Source: Verrucomicrobiia bacterium
GTDB taxonomy: Bacteria; Acidobacteriota; Polarisedimenticolia; Gp22-AA2
Direction: 5' to 3'
DNA length: 64,000 nucleotides
Assembly: GCA_035638075.1 (NCBI GenBank)
Contig: DASRAU010000021.1
Span: forward strand, 73,230-137,229
Shown: positions 1 to 10,209 of the stretch, piece after piece
Layout of the letters: each line of letters opens with the position of its first letter
How positions within the stretch are numbered: position 1 is the first letter of the stretch
Program-made: the position numbers and the translations under genes
Notes under the pieces: generated by a model
What the model saw: the letters and a program-made list of their open reading frames with translations, nothing else
Database searches by the model: none
What the model was told of the DNA's origin: nothing

Positions 1-1
1 G

Positions 2-1737
<1,736 letters not shown>

Positions 1738-1741
<4 letters not shown>

Positions 1742-2523
1742 TCCTTGCGGCCGCGGCGCGGCCGCTGGTCCTCGCGCACCGCGGCTCCCGCCGGCGCGCC
1801 CCCGAGAACACCCTTCCGGCTTTCGAGCTGGCGCTCGACGAGGGAGCCGACGGGATCGAATTCGACGTGCGGCTCAGCGCCGACGGCGTTCCGATCCTGC
1901 TGCACGACCCGACCCTCGATCGCACCACCAGCGGCCGCGGCCACGTCGCCGCTCAGACGCTCGACGCGCTGCGGCGGCTCGACGCCGGCACCTGGCTCGG
2001 TGCGTCGCATCGCGGCGCGCGCATCCCGACGCTCGGTGAGGCGCTCGACTTCTGCCAGGACCGCGCCGTCCTCAACATCGAGCTCAAGATCGACTCGGGA
2101 CGCGGCCTCGCCGCCCGCCGTCGCGCCATCGCCGAGGCCCCCCGCCTGGCCCAGGCCGTCGCCCGCGACCTCTCCCGCGCGCGCCGCCGCCCTCCCTCTC
2201 TCCTGATTTCGTCCTTCGAAGTCCGCGCCCTCGAAGCCGCCCGCGCCGTCCTCCCCGTCGCCGCGCTCGGCTGGCTCCGCTCCCGCACGATGCAGGGCCT
2301 GGCGAAGACGCACCGCCGTCTCCACCTCCGCGCCGTCAACCCCCACCTCCGCCTGTCGACCCCCCGCCGCCTCGCCTCCGCGAAGAAACTCGCCCTCGAG
2401 ATCTTCGTCTATCCCGTGAACGATCCCGCCGATCTCCTACGCCTGGCCTCATCCGGCGTCACCGCCGTCATCACCGACGACCCGCTCATCGCCATCGACA
2501 CCCTGAAACACCGAACCCCCTGA
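1738..2523 (+). CDS. Glycerophosphodiester phosphodiesterase (GDPD family)
   Basis: N-terminal HRG motif ([21 protein letters not shown]), [17 protein letters not shown], and the conserved C-terminal ITDDP. GTG start at 1738 overlaps the typA stop (GTGA). Confidence 0.8.
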
Positions 2524-2575
2524 TTCGCGCAACGCCCCCGCCCATGAAGTGACGACGAATCACGGGAGGCCACGG

Positions 2576-2630
2576 GCAGCGTGGCCGGACCCGTCCCCGG
2601 CGGGATCGATTCCTGTTCCCTCTGAGGCGG
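2576..2630. repeat. Copy 1 of a 55-nt conserved intergenic element (second copy at 62542-62596, 54/55 identical)
   Basis: Direct comparison of the two intergenic regions: gcagcgtggccggacccgtccccggcggg[a/g]tcgattcctgttccctctgaggcgg. Contains a GCCGG/CCGGC hairpin. Copy 1 is followed by a second hairpin (cctgttcc..ggaacagg). Confidence 0.6.
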
Positions 2631-2779
2631 TGGAACAGGAGATCGTTCTTGTCCGTGATCAGCGACCGCACACGCGGTACGAAAGATCCACCGTGACTTG
2701 ACGAATGTGCGGTGTTGTGATGAATTACCCCGCCGATCCCAACGACGTTCGGACGACACGAAACACAGGGGGTACGACT

Positions 2780-3067
2780 GTGGCCAAGAAGAAAGCGAAG
2801 CGCAAGGCGCCGAGACGCAGCAAGCCGGCCCGGAAGGCATCGTCCAAGAGGGCCAGCCCCCGTGCCAAGAGCACCAGGAAGGCCGCGAAGAAGACGGCTC
2901 CGCGGCACAAGTCGTCTGCGGCGCAAACCGCACCCAAAAAGGCGCCCGCGCGGCCGGCTTCGCCCAAGCCCGTGACGCCGATGCCGAGTTCGTCATTCGA
3001 GTCGGACCGTCCCTCCGGTGGCGGGGCGCCGACCTACGGCATGGGCTGGGATTCCGAGGAAGAGTAG
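2780..3067 (+). CDS. Small Lys/Arg/Ala/Pro-rich basic protein with acidic C-terminal tail (histone H1-like / AlgP-like)
   Basis: GTG start preceded by AGGGGG 8 nt upstream. The first ~70 aa are almost entirely K/R/A/P/S (AKKKAKRKAPRRSKPARKASSKRASPRAKSTRKAAKK) and the tail is GMGWDSEEE. Start chosen over the upstream ATG 2705, which lacks an RBS. Confidence 0.55.
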   Translation: MAKKKAKRKAPRRSKPARKASSKRASPRAKSTRKAAKKTAPRHKSSAAQTAPKKAPARPASPKPVTPMPSSSFESDRPSGGGAPTYGMGWDSEEE

Positions 3068-3228
3068 CCCGCCCGCACGCCGGGCGGCCGAAGTGATCGA
3101 GGGCCGTCTCCCGCCCGCAAAGAGGCGTGGGACGGCCCTTTTGCTGTCCACGGGTGGTTGACGCCCCTCCGTTCCCGCTTATATTGGGGCCATGTCGGAA
3201 ACGGACCGCCACCGTCGCGCGAGGGGAG

Positions 3229-3732
3229 ATGCCCGCTCTCGAACCACCCTCCAATCCCGAGGACGCCTTCAAGCGGGGGTTGGCTTGCCTCGAGCGCCGC
3301 TCGTACCAGGAGGCGGCCTCCTGTTTCCAGGCGTCGATCGACCTCGACCGTCCGAACCAGAAAACCTCCAACATGAAGTACCTGTCGTTCCTGGGGCTGG
3401 CGCTGAACCTCGCGCAGGTCCGCTCGGACGAGGGGCTCAAGATGTGCGAGCAGGCGGCGAAGCGGGAGTTCTTCGACCCCGACGTCTTCTGCAATCTCGG
3501 CATCGTGTACCTGCGGCACCGGCAGAGGGGCCCGGCCTTCGCCGCGTTCCATCGCGGCCTGGCGCTGCGGCCGAGACACCGGCGGATCCAGGAGGAGCTC
3601 GATCGCTACGACCGCCGCTCCGCCCCGGTCTTCTCGTTCCTCGCCCGCGAGCACACGCTGAACGTCCTGGGCGGCCGGCTGCGCAGCCGGTGGCGCGCCC
3701 TGCTTGGACGTCTCTCTCCCAACGAAGCCTGA
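3229..3732 (+). CDS. Small TPR-repeat protein
   Basis: TPR-like helices (AFKRGLACLERRSYQEAASCFQASIDLD; FCNLGIVYLRHRQRGPAFAAFHRGLAL). Start ambiguous between 3127 and 3229. Confidence 0.5.
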   Translation: MPALEPPSNPEDAFKRGLACLERRSYQEAASCFQASIDLDRPNQKTSNMKYLSFLGLALNLAQVRSDEGLKMCEQAAKREFFDPDVFCNLGIVYLRHRQRGPAFAAFHRGLALRPRHRRIQEELDRYDRRSAPVFSFLAREHTLNVLGGRLRSRWRALLGRLSPNEA

Positions 3733-5297
3733 GGGGACTCGTCGCCCTCCTGTCGATCGCCGCTCTCGGCGGCGGGCCGGCGTCCGTCCGGGCGCAGGCG
3801 GATGCGCCGCAGGATGAGACCCGCCGCCCGCGCGAGTTTCGACAGGTGGAGGGCTCATCGCTCCTGGCCCGGGGACTCCTGCTCGTGGATCGCTGGAGCG
3901 CCGCCGACCATGACGAGGCCCGCCGCCTCCTGCGCCGGGCGCTCAGGGCGGATCCCGGTCTCGCCGCGGCGCGCGCCGGGCTGGCCCGCTCCGACCTGTA
4001 CCTGTACGCCTCCGGCATCGACGAGCGCCAGGAACGGATCGACGAAGCCCTGGCGGAAACGGAGCGCGCCGTCGCCCTCGCCCCGGACGATCCGGCCATC
4101 CGATCGGTCAGGGCGCTCGCGCTGGCGGCGGCCGACCGCACCACCCCGGCGCTCGCCGAGGCGGAGAGAGCCGACGCCCTGGGGCCGGGCCGGGCGGACG
4201 GACCGCTGGCGCTGTGCATCGTGCAGCGGCTGCGGCGATCCCTCGACGCCTCGCTGACCGCCTGCCGGCGGGCGGCCGATGTCGCCCCCGACTCGCCGCG
4301 CGTCCTCATGGCGCTGGCGGAGACGCTGCGCGAGATCGGGGCTTACGACGGCGCCATGAATCTCTACGGCCAGGCCGCGGACCTCGAGCACGACTCGCCG
4401 CTGCCGCAGCTCGGGGGGGCGGCGACGCTGGCGCGCAGCGGCGCGAACACCATCGCGTCCCGCAGCTACCAGGGCATCCTCGATCACCACCCCGAGGTGA
4501 AGCTGCGCGCCCTCGAAGGAGCGGCGGGGAACCGTGTCGCCGCCGCCGATTACGAAACCGCGCTCGAGTACTACCAGCGGGCGGAGCTGCCGGAGAACGG
4601 CTCGCTCTGGACGCTCCTCAGCCTCTACGGCAAGGGCTACGCGCTCCTGAAGCTCGATCGCGGCGCCGAGGCGGAGTACTTCCTGAGCCTCGTCACGACG
4701 CGCGTCCCGGTCGATTACGACGGCCCGGCGCGCGGCCGCGAGGTCCTGTTCCTGTCCTACGACGGGCTCGTGGACTGGTACGCCGGGAGGAACCGCCCCG
4801 ACCGCGTCGAGGCGCTGCTGCGCGAGGCGGCGGCGCGGCCGCTGGCGCCGACGCGCATGGCCCGGCGGCTCGGCGACCTGCTGCACGAGCGCGGTCGCGA
4901 TGCCGAGGCGGCGGGTCTTCTCGAGCAGGCGATCCTCAGGACGGATCCCCTCGAGGACCGGCTGAGCCTGGTCGACTCGGCCGTGGCGCTGGCCCGCCTG
5001 CGCTCGTCGGAGGGCAGGAAATCGATTCCCGACAAATCCCCGGCCGGCAAGGCGCTCGACGCCGTGGCGGGGCTCCTGGATGCGAAGACACCGGCCGCCG
5101 CCTGCTATCGCATGGCGCGTGCCTACGGCCTGGCGCGCGACGCCGATTCGAGCCTGTCATTTCTCGGACGTTCGCGCGACGGCGGGTACCTTCCCGCTGA
5201 CCAGGTCGCGACCGACCCGGCGTTCGCATTCCTGCGCCAGCGCCCGGAATTCCAGCGCTTCCTCGGGAGCGACCCCGGAACCGACGTCCGCGACTGA
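3690..5297 (+). CDS. Secreted TPR-repeat protein with signal peptide
   Basis: GTG start gives the signal peptide MARPAWTSLSQRSLRGLVALLSIAALGGGPASVRAQA. Multiple TPR-like repeats follow through the C-terminus. Overlaps the upstream TPR gene by about 43 nt in another frame; no in-frame ATG is nearby, so the start is uncertain. Confidence 0.55.
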   Translation: MARPAWTSLSQRSLRGLVALLSIAALGGGPASVRAQADAPQDETRRPREFRQVEGSSLLARGLLLVDRWSAADHDEARRLLRRALRADPGLAAARAGLARSDLYLYASGIDERQERIDEALAETERAVALAPDDPAIRSVRALALAAADRTTPALAEAERADALGPGRADGPLALCIVQRLRRSLDASLTACRRAADVAPDSPRVLMALAETLREIGAYDGAMNLYGQAADLEHDSPLPQLGGAATLARSGANTIASRSYQGILDHHPEVKLRALEGAAGNRVAAADYETALEYYQRAELPENGSLWTLLSLYGKGYALLKLDRGAEAEYFLSLVTTRVPVDYDGPARGREVLFLSYDGLVDWYAGRNRPDRVEALLREAAARPLAPTRMARRLGDLLHERGRDAEAAGLLEQAILRTDPLEDRLSLVDSAVALARLRSSEGRKSIPDKSPAGKALDAVAGLLDAKTPAAACYRMARAYGLARDADSSLSFLGRSRDGGYLPADQVATDPAFAFLRQRPEFQRFLGSDPGTDVRD

Positions 5298-5539
5298 CAC
5301 CGCCTGTCGCGATCGCCCTTCCCTGTCGGCCGGCGGCGACAACGGCTGTCGGCGCGGCTTTCGTAACCTGTCCAGTCCCCGGACTCCGGGCCTTCCCGCG
5401 AACCCCGCGCCGGACGACGGTTGCGCGACTTGCGGCCGATGACGGAATCGTCCTTCAACCCCCTGACGTGGTACCGGGCTTGCTCTTCCGAGGGGCGCGG
5501 GCGGCGGCGGTTCGGGCCAGCCCCGGAGGTGAAGCGGCC

Positions 5540-6037
5540 ATGAAGAAGACGGTTCTCACGTTCGCGGGTGCAGCGTTCCTGGTGTCAGCCATGCTGGCGA
5601 CTCCGGCGCACGCCCAGGCGGTCAGGAACAAGTCCTGCACCGACGCCGCCACGGGCGTCACCTGGGACTGCGACTTCGCGTTGAAGAGCGCAACGCCCGG
5701 GACGCCGGTCAGCTTCTCAATCAATTACTCGTGCAAGAGCGACGTGTGCGGCCCGGTCCTTTCGTTCGGGCAGGGCGACCCCGGCTTCACGCCGGAGTAC
5801 GCGAGCGGCCACCTGGTGGGCGGCAGCCGTCTGCCCAACGGGCTCGAGCTGACGTTCGCCTTCGACTCCCTGAAGGAGTCGGGCGTCAGCGGCAACGCCC
5901 ACGCCGAGGCCCACTTCGTCATGAACGTCATGACGACGGACGCCTCGGGCGGGCCGGTGATGGTGGCCTGCCCCGTGGACGTGAAGCTGAGCGAGTTCGC
6001 GAACAAGAGCGAGGTCGCGGCCGCGAAGAAGAAGTAA
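5540..6037 (+). CDS. Small secreted Cys-containing hypothetical protein
   Basis: RBS GGAGGTGA upstream of ATG. Signal peptide MKKTVLTFAGAAFLVSAMLATPAHAQA. Lys-rich C-terminus. Confidence 0.55.
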   Translation: MKKTVLTFAGAAFLVSAMLATPAHAQAVRNKSCTDAATGVTWDCDFALKSATPGTPVSFSINYSCKSDVCGPVLSFGQGDPGFTPEYASGHLVGGSRLPNGLELTFAFDSLKESGVSGNAHAEAHFVMNVMTTDASGGPVMVACPVDVKLSEFANKSEVAAAKKK

Positions 6038-6067
6038 CGATCGCGCCTTTCGGGCGCTGAAAGACAA

Positions 6068-6128
6068 CGAGCCCGGTGCACGCAGGTCCGAAGGAATTCG
6101 GGCTGGTGCGCCGGGCTCGTGGCTTTTC
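6068..6128 (+). terminator. Putative intrinsic terminator (long imperfect hairpin, then UGGCUUUUCG)
   Basis: cgagcccggtgca ... tgcgccgggctcg forms a ~13-bp stem with one mismatch and a nested ccgaa/ttcgg hairpin in the loop, followed by ggcttttcg. It lies 30 nt after the stop of the 5540-6037 gene. Confidence 0.35.
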
Positions 6129-6173
6129 GTGCGGGCACCGGGGACCGATTGCGGCCGGCCCGGGCCTCTCAGT

Positions 6174-6965
6174 TCAGCGGGGCAGGACGACCTTGGCGTT
6201 CTGCTCCAGCGGAACCTGCAGGACGTCCTCGACCTTGATGCGGGCTTCGCGGCCCTTGGTCGTGCCGGCGACCGCGGTGCCGATCGCCGCGCCGACCGCA
6301 GCGCCGCCGCCGGTGCTCTTGCCGAGCGCCTTGCCGAGGAGGGCGCCGCCGACGGCGCTGCCGCCGATGATCGCGCCCTTCTTGGCCGCGCTGCCCTCCG
6401 CCGCCTTGGTGTAGCCGGCGGAGATGGCCGACTTGTGACCGCCCGGCGCCACGACGCTCGTGAACTGCAGCGACAGCGCGCCGCCGGTCTCCTTGAAACC
6501 CTTCGAGGCCGACTTCACGTCGCTGACGGTGCCGTGCACCTGGCTTCCCTCGGGGAACGCGACGCGATCGCCGACGGTGATCGACTGCTTCAGCGTGGCC
6601 ACCACCTGATCGCCGACCTGGGCGGTCTCGGAGGTGAGCTCGGCCGGAAACGCCAGCGCGAGCTGGGTGCCGGCCGGAACCGTCACCGTCACGGAATTCG
6701 GAACGGCCGGCGCCGGGGCGGCGGCATGGTGCTCCTCGGGGATGGCGCTCGTGTGCGAACGGCTTGGGGCGGGCGCCGCCGGAGGCGGAGCCACGGGTGC
6801 AGCCGCCTGCTCCTGGGCGGGCGGCGGCGGTGCCGGCTGCTCCGCGGGCGGCGGAGCCTGTTGAGCGGTCTGATCGGCCGGCGGCTGGGCGCTCTGACCA
6901 CATCCCACGACGCCACACAGCATCACGCACGCGATCAGCAAGGCGACAGGCGTGAATCGATTCAT
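6174..6965 (-). CDS. Lipoprotein with Pro/Ala/Gln-rich linker and C-terminal glycine-zipper domain
   Basis: Lipobox LIACVMLCGVVGC. A PPPAEQPAPPPPAQ low-complexity linker. C-terminal GAIIGGSAVGGALLGKALGKSTGGGAAVGAAIGTAVAG glycine zipper. Confidence 0.7.
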   Translation of the reverse strand: MNRFTPVALLIACVMLCGVVGCGQSAQPPADQTAQQAPPPAEQPAPPPPAQEQAAAPVAPPPAAPAPSRSHTSAIPEEHHAAAPAPAVPNSVTVTVPAGTQLALAFPAELTSETAQVGDQVVATLKQSITVGDRVAFPEGSQVHGTVSDVKSASKGFKETGGALSLQFTSVVAPGGHKSAISAGYTKAAEGSAAKKGAIIGGSAVGGALLGKALGKSTGGGAAVGAAIGTAVAGTTKGREARIKVEDVLQVPLEQNAKVVLPR

Positions 6966-7419
6966 GGAAAAAGTCCCTCCTCAATGAGTCCGACGGGCTC
7001 TATATAGCCGCTCGATCTCCGCCCGTCAAATCCTCTCTGCCTGCTTCGGTTTTCCGGATCTCCATCCAAGATCCGGTTGATTGGATGTCGTCAGCCTCTC
7101 TCGAAGCCCACGAATACCGGGATACACCCTACCGAAACATACGGATCGTGCGGTTTTTGCCTCATATCGTTGAGCCGATTTCGCTTGGCAATCAACTTGC
7201 TCTTGGCGGCCCCCGGGTGGGGCCGCATTCCGAATTCCCGCCCGCCTCAACACCTCAAAGATTCATCGCAAGTCGTCAGAAGTCGCAGGTCGCGCTCGAC
7301 CGCCTCGCCGGGTCACTCGTCCCCGGCGGACGCGGCCCCCGGTGGCCCGGGGACCCATCAGGGAGACGGGGGGCCTCATGCGTCTTTCTTTCAAACTAGT
7401 CTGGGGAGGAGCACCGGGA

Positions 7420-8835
7420 ATGAGAAAGGTCATCTTCAGTGCGCTCCTGCTCGCGGGCGTGGCGGCGGTTTTCGCGCCGGTCGTCTTCGCGCAGGAAGAG
7501 AAGCCCTTCACCATCCACGGCGAGGTTCGCACGCGGATGGAGTACACGAACAACGGCAACGATTTCACGGACTCCGGCACGGACCCGGGCCTGGGCTCCA
7601 ATGACGACCAGGCCAGCTACTGGCCGTACCGCATCCGGATCGCGGCCGAGGGCCACTTCACCAAGAACGTCAGCGCCTGGATCGAGCTGCAGAACGCGGG
7701 CGTTTTCGGCGGCGACTTCACGGGCCCGGTGAAGAACGGCAACGTGTTCGGCTTCGCGGCCGATTCCGGCGTCAGCCTGTACCAGGGGAACCTGACCCTG
7801 GACAAGCTCTGGAGCGATCACTTCAGCCTGACCTTCGGCCGGACCGAGCTGGTGAAGGGCAACGAGCTGCACCTCGGTGACCTCGACTTCTACGCCGGGA
7901 TCGTCCACGACGGCGTGATCGCCAACTGGGACCTGAAGAAGGTGGACATCACCGGCTGGTACACCCGTCCGGTCGAGGGCAGCGCCTTCCACCCCGACAA
8001 CTCGATTCCGCCTTCCGCGGTGCTCGTCACCGGGACCCCGGCGACGGATTACTTCTGGGGCGCCTACGTGACCTGGGACATCGCCAAGGAGCAGGGGCTC
8101 GACCTCTACTTCATGGAGAACCGGAATCGCGCCTTCGGTGTCGATACCCCGACCACGGTCGACATGGTGGGCGCCCGCTGGTTCCATGACAACGTCACGA
8201 AGAACGGCGCGGTCTGGAACGCCGAGGTGGCCCAGCAGTTCGGGCAGATCAGCGACCTCTCCACGCCGGGCGTGTTCGAGGCCGGCGCCGATCTCTCCGG
8301 CACGGTCATCGAGGCGATGTTCGGCTGGAACTTCAAGGCCGGGAACATCATCCACCGGCCGTACGGGAAGTTCGAGTCGGCGAGCGGCAACAAGACCCCG
8401 TCCGGCGGCGGTCTCGACGACAAGGACGAGGGCTTCCGTCCGTTCTTCACCGACTTCCACAACCGTCTCGGTCACGGCGACTGGTTCGCGCTGACCGGCG
8501 GCAACCCGTCGTTCGCCGGCGCCGGTCTCGCGGGCGCGGGCGGCGGCGGCATCCAGGCGTTCGCCCTCGGCTACACCGGCTGGACGGGCCGTCACTCGTG
8601 GGGCGCGGAGTTCTGGGACTACTCGCTGGACCAGGACACCGACCTCGGCCCGGTCGACGGCACCACGAGCGACCTGGGCACGGCCATCGACCTGTTCTAC
8701 GGCTTCAACTACACGAAGAACGTCACCTTCGAGGCTTCGTGGTCGCAGTTCTCGCCGGACGACGCCCTGACCGGCGCCGCCGGTCCGGACGACTCGGCGA
8801 TGCGGCTCTACGGCCAGGCGCGCCTCCGCTTCTAA
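7420..8835 (+). CDS. Outer-membrane beta-barrel protein (porin / alginate-export-like)
   Basis: RBS GGGGAGGAG. Signal peptide MRKVIFSALLLAGVAAVFAPVVFAQ. Alternating amphipathic beta-strand pattern. C-terminal ...YGQARLRF ending in aromatic F. Confidence 0.65.
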   Translation: MRKVIFSALLLAGVAAVFAPVVFAQEEKPFTIHGEVRTRMEYTNNGNDFTDSGTDPGLGSNDDQASYWPYRIRIAAEGHFTKNVSAWIELQNAGVFGGDFTGPVKNGNVFGFAADSGVSLYQGNLTLDKLWSDHFSLTFGRTELVKGNELHLGDLDFYAGIVHDGVIANWDLKKVDITGWYTRPVEGSAFHPDNSIPPSAVLVTGTPATDYFWGAYVTWDIAKEQGLDLYFMENRNRAFGVDTPTTVDMVGARWFHDNVTKNGAVWNAEVAQQFGQISDLSTPGVFEAGADLSGTVIEAMFGWNFKAGNIIHRPYGKFESASGNKTPSGGGLDDKDEGFRPFFTDFHNRLGHGDWFALTGGNPSFAGAGLAGAGGGGIQAFALGYTGWTGRHSWGAEFWDYSLDQDTDLGPVDGTTSDLGTAIDLFYGFNYTKNVTFEASWSQFSPDDALTGAAGPDDSAMRLYGQARLRF

Positions 8836-8858
8836 GCGCGGCTGTTCGGCATTTCCCG

Positions 8859-8890
8859 ACCCCCGCGGGGCTTCCCCGCGGGGGTTTTTT
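8859..8890 (+). terminator. Rho-independent terminator (acccccgcgggg-cttc-cccgcggggg + TTTTTT)
   Basis: Perfect 10-11 bp GC stem, 4-nt loop and a T6 tract, 24 nt after the porin stop. The T-tract contains the aroA stop codon on the opposite strand. Confidence 0.85.
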
Positions 8891-10181
8891 ATTGTCCGGT
8901 GAGCCTGGCGAAGTCGTCCCAGAACCCGGGATACGACTTGGCGACGCAGGCGGGGTCGAGCACCGTCGTGCCCGGCACGCGCAGCCCCGCGACGGCGAAG
9001 GCCATGGCCATGCGGTGATCGCCGCGCGGGTCGATGGCGCCGCCGTGGAGCGGCCGCGCCCGGATGGTCAGGCCGTCTTCCGCGGTCTCCGCGTGCCCAC
9101 CGAGCGCGCCGATGCCGGCCACGAGGGCCTCGATGCGATCGCTCTCCTTGAACCTCAAGTGAGGCACGCCATGGATGCGGGTCGGTCCATCGGCGAAGAG
9201 CGCCAGCACCGCCACCGTCGGAGCGAGGTCCGGCATGCCGGCGAGATCCGCGTCCACGGCGCGGAGGCGATCGGGGCCTTCCACCGTGATGCTTCCGCCC
9301 GTCTCCACGCGGCAACCCATGCGGCGCAGAAGCTCGAGGATCCCCGCGTCTCCCTGGCGCGAATCCGCGTCGAGCCCTTCGACCTCGACACGCCCCGGGA
9401 CGATCGCCGCCGCCGCGAAAAGATAAGAGGCGGACGACCAGTCGCCTTCGATCACGATGTCCGTCGCGCGATAGGACCGTCCCGGCGCCACGGAGAACCG
9501 CTCGGCGGTCCTGCCGACCTCGACCCCGAAGCGGCGCATCACGCTTGCGGTCAGCTCGACATACGGTCGCGACACCAGCGCTCCTTCGATGCCGACGTCG
9601 ATCCCCTGCTCCAGGCGGGGCGCGGCCATGAGGAGGGCCGAGATGAACTGGCTGCTGCGCGCGCCCGACAGGGAGATGGCGCCGCCGCGCGGCCGGCCGC
9701 CACCGACGCGGATCGGCGGGCAGCCGTTGCCGCGCACCGATTCCGCCTCCATCCCGAGCCCGCGGAGCGCGCCGAGCAGATCCTCGATGGGCCTCTGCCG
9801 CATGCGGGGGCCGCCGTCGAGGAGGCGCGGATCGGGCTCGACCGCCAGGCGGGCCGCCAGGAAGCGCATGGCGGTGCCGGCGTTGCCGAGCATCAAGGCC
9901 ATCCCTGCGCCCCGCCCGGCCTCTCCCCCGGCCACTTCGAGAGCGGCCGCGTCCTCGACGCACGCGACGATGCGCGTGCCGCAGGCCGCGAGCGCGTCGC
10001 GCAGGAGCAGCCCGTCCTCGCCGAGCAGCGGCCGGACGAGACGCGACTTTCCCGGGCACAGCGATGCGATGAGGAGGGCCCGCTGGGTGACGCTCTTGGA
10101 GGGCGGTGCCGTCAGGCGCGCCCGCACCGTGCGGACGGCGCCGATCTCGCGCCTCACGATTCCGTCACCGTGATGCATCAT
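8889..10181 (-). CDS. aroA: 3-phosphoshikimate 1-carboxyvinyltransferase (EPSP synthase)
   Basis: Conserved EPSPS blocks (PPSKSVTQRALLIASL; LGNAGTAMRFL; RPIEDLLGALRGLG; KESDRIEAL; DHRMAMAFAVAGL). Confidence 0.9.
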   Translation of the reverse strand: MMHHGDGIVRREIGAVRTVRARLTAPPSKSVTQRALLIASLCPGKSRLVRPLLGEDGLLLRDALAACGTRIVACVEDAAALEVAGGEAGRGAGMALMLGNAGTAMRFLAARLAVEPDPRLLDGGPRMRQRPIEDLLGALRGLGMEAESVRGNGCPPIRVGGGRPRGGAISLSGARSSQFISALLMAAPRLEQGIDVGIEGALVSRPYVELTASVMRRFGVEVGRTAERFSVAPGRSYRATDIVIEGDWSSASYLFAAAAIVPGRVEVEGLDADSRQGDAGILELLRRMGCRVETGGSITVEGPDRLRAVDADLAGMPDLAPTVAVLALFADGPTRIHGVPHLRFKESDRIEALVAGIGALGGHAETAEDGLTIRARPLHGGAIDPRGDHRMAMAFAVAGLRVPGTTVLDPACVAKSYPGFWDDFARLTGQ

Positions 10182-10209
10182 GTCTTGACGATGGGGCCCC
10201 GGCGTTCCT

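Noticed and set aside
3127-3228. Longer N-terminal extension of the small TPR protein (start at 3127)
   Set aside because: The extension (MGRPFCCPRVVDAPPFPLILGPCRKRTATVARGE) is not TPR-like and has no better RBS than the 3229 start. Kept as an alternative only.
7396-10059. 887-aa minus-strand ORF (and similar 800-1300-aa ORFs at 17791-20511, 20031-23783, 23949-26717, 43077-46106, 47860-50487, 28499-31672)
   Set aside because: The translations are Arg/Gly/Ala/Pro-rich and low-complexity, as expected for stop-poor alternative frames in ~70% GC DNA. Each overlaps a well-supported gene on the other strand or frame (aroA, gatB/gpsA, M1 peptidase, kinase, acyl-CoA dehydrogenase/fadB, czcA).
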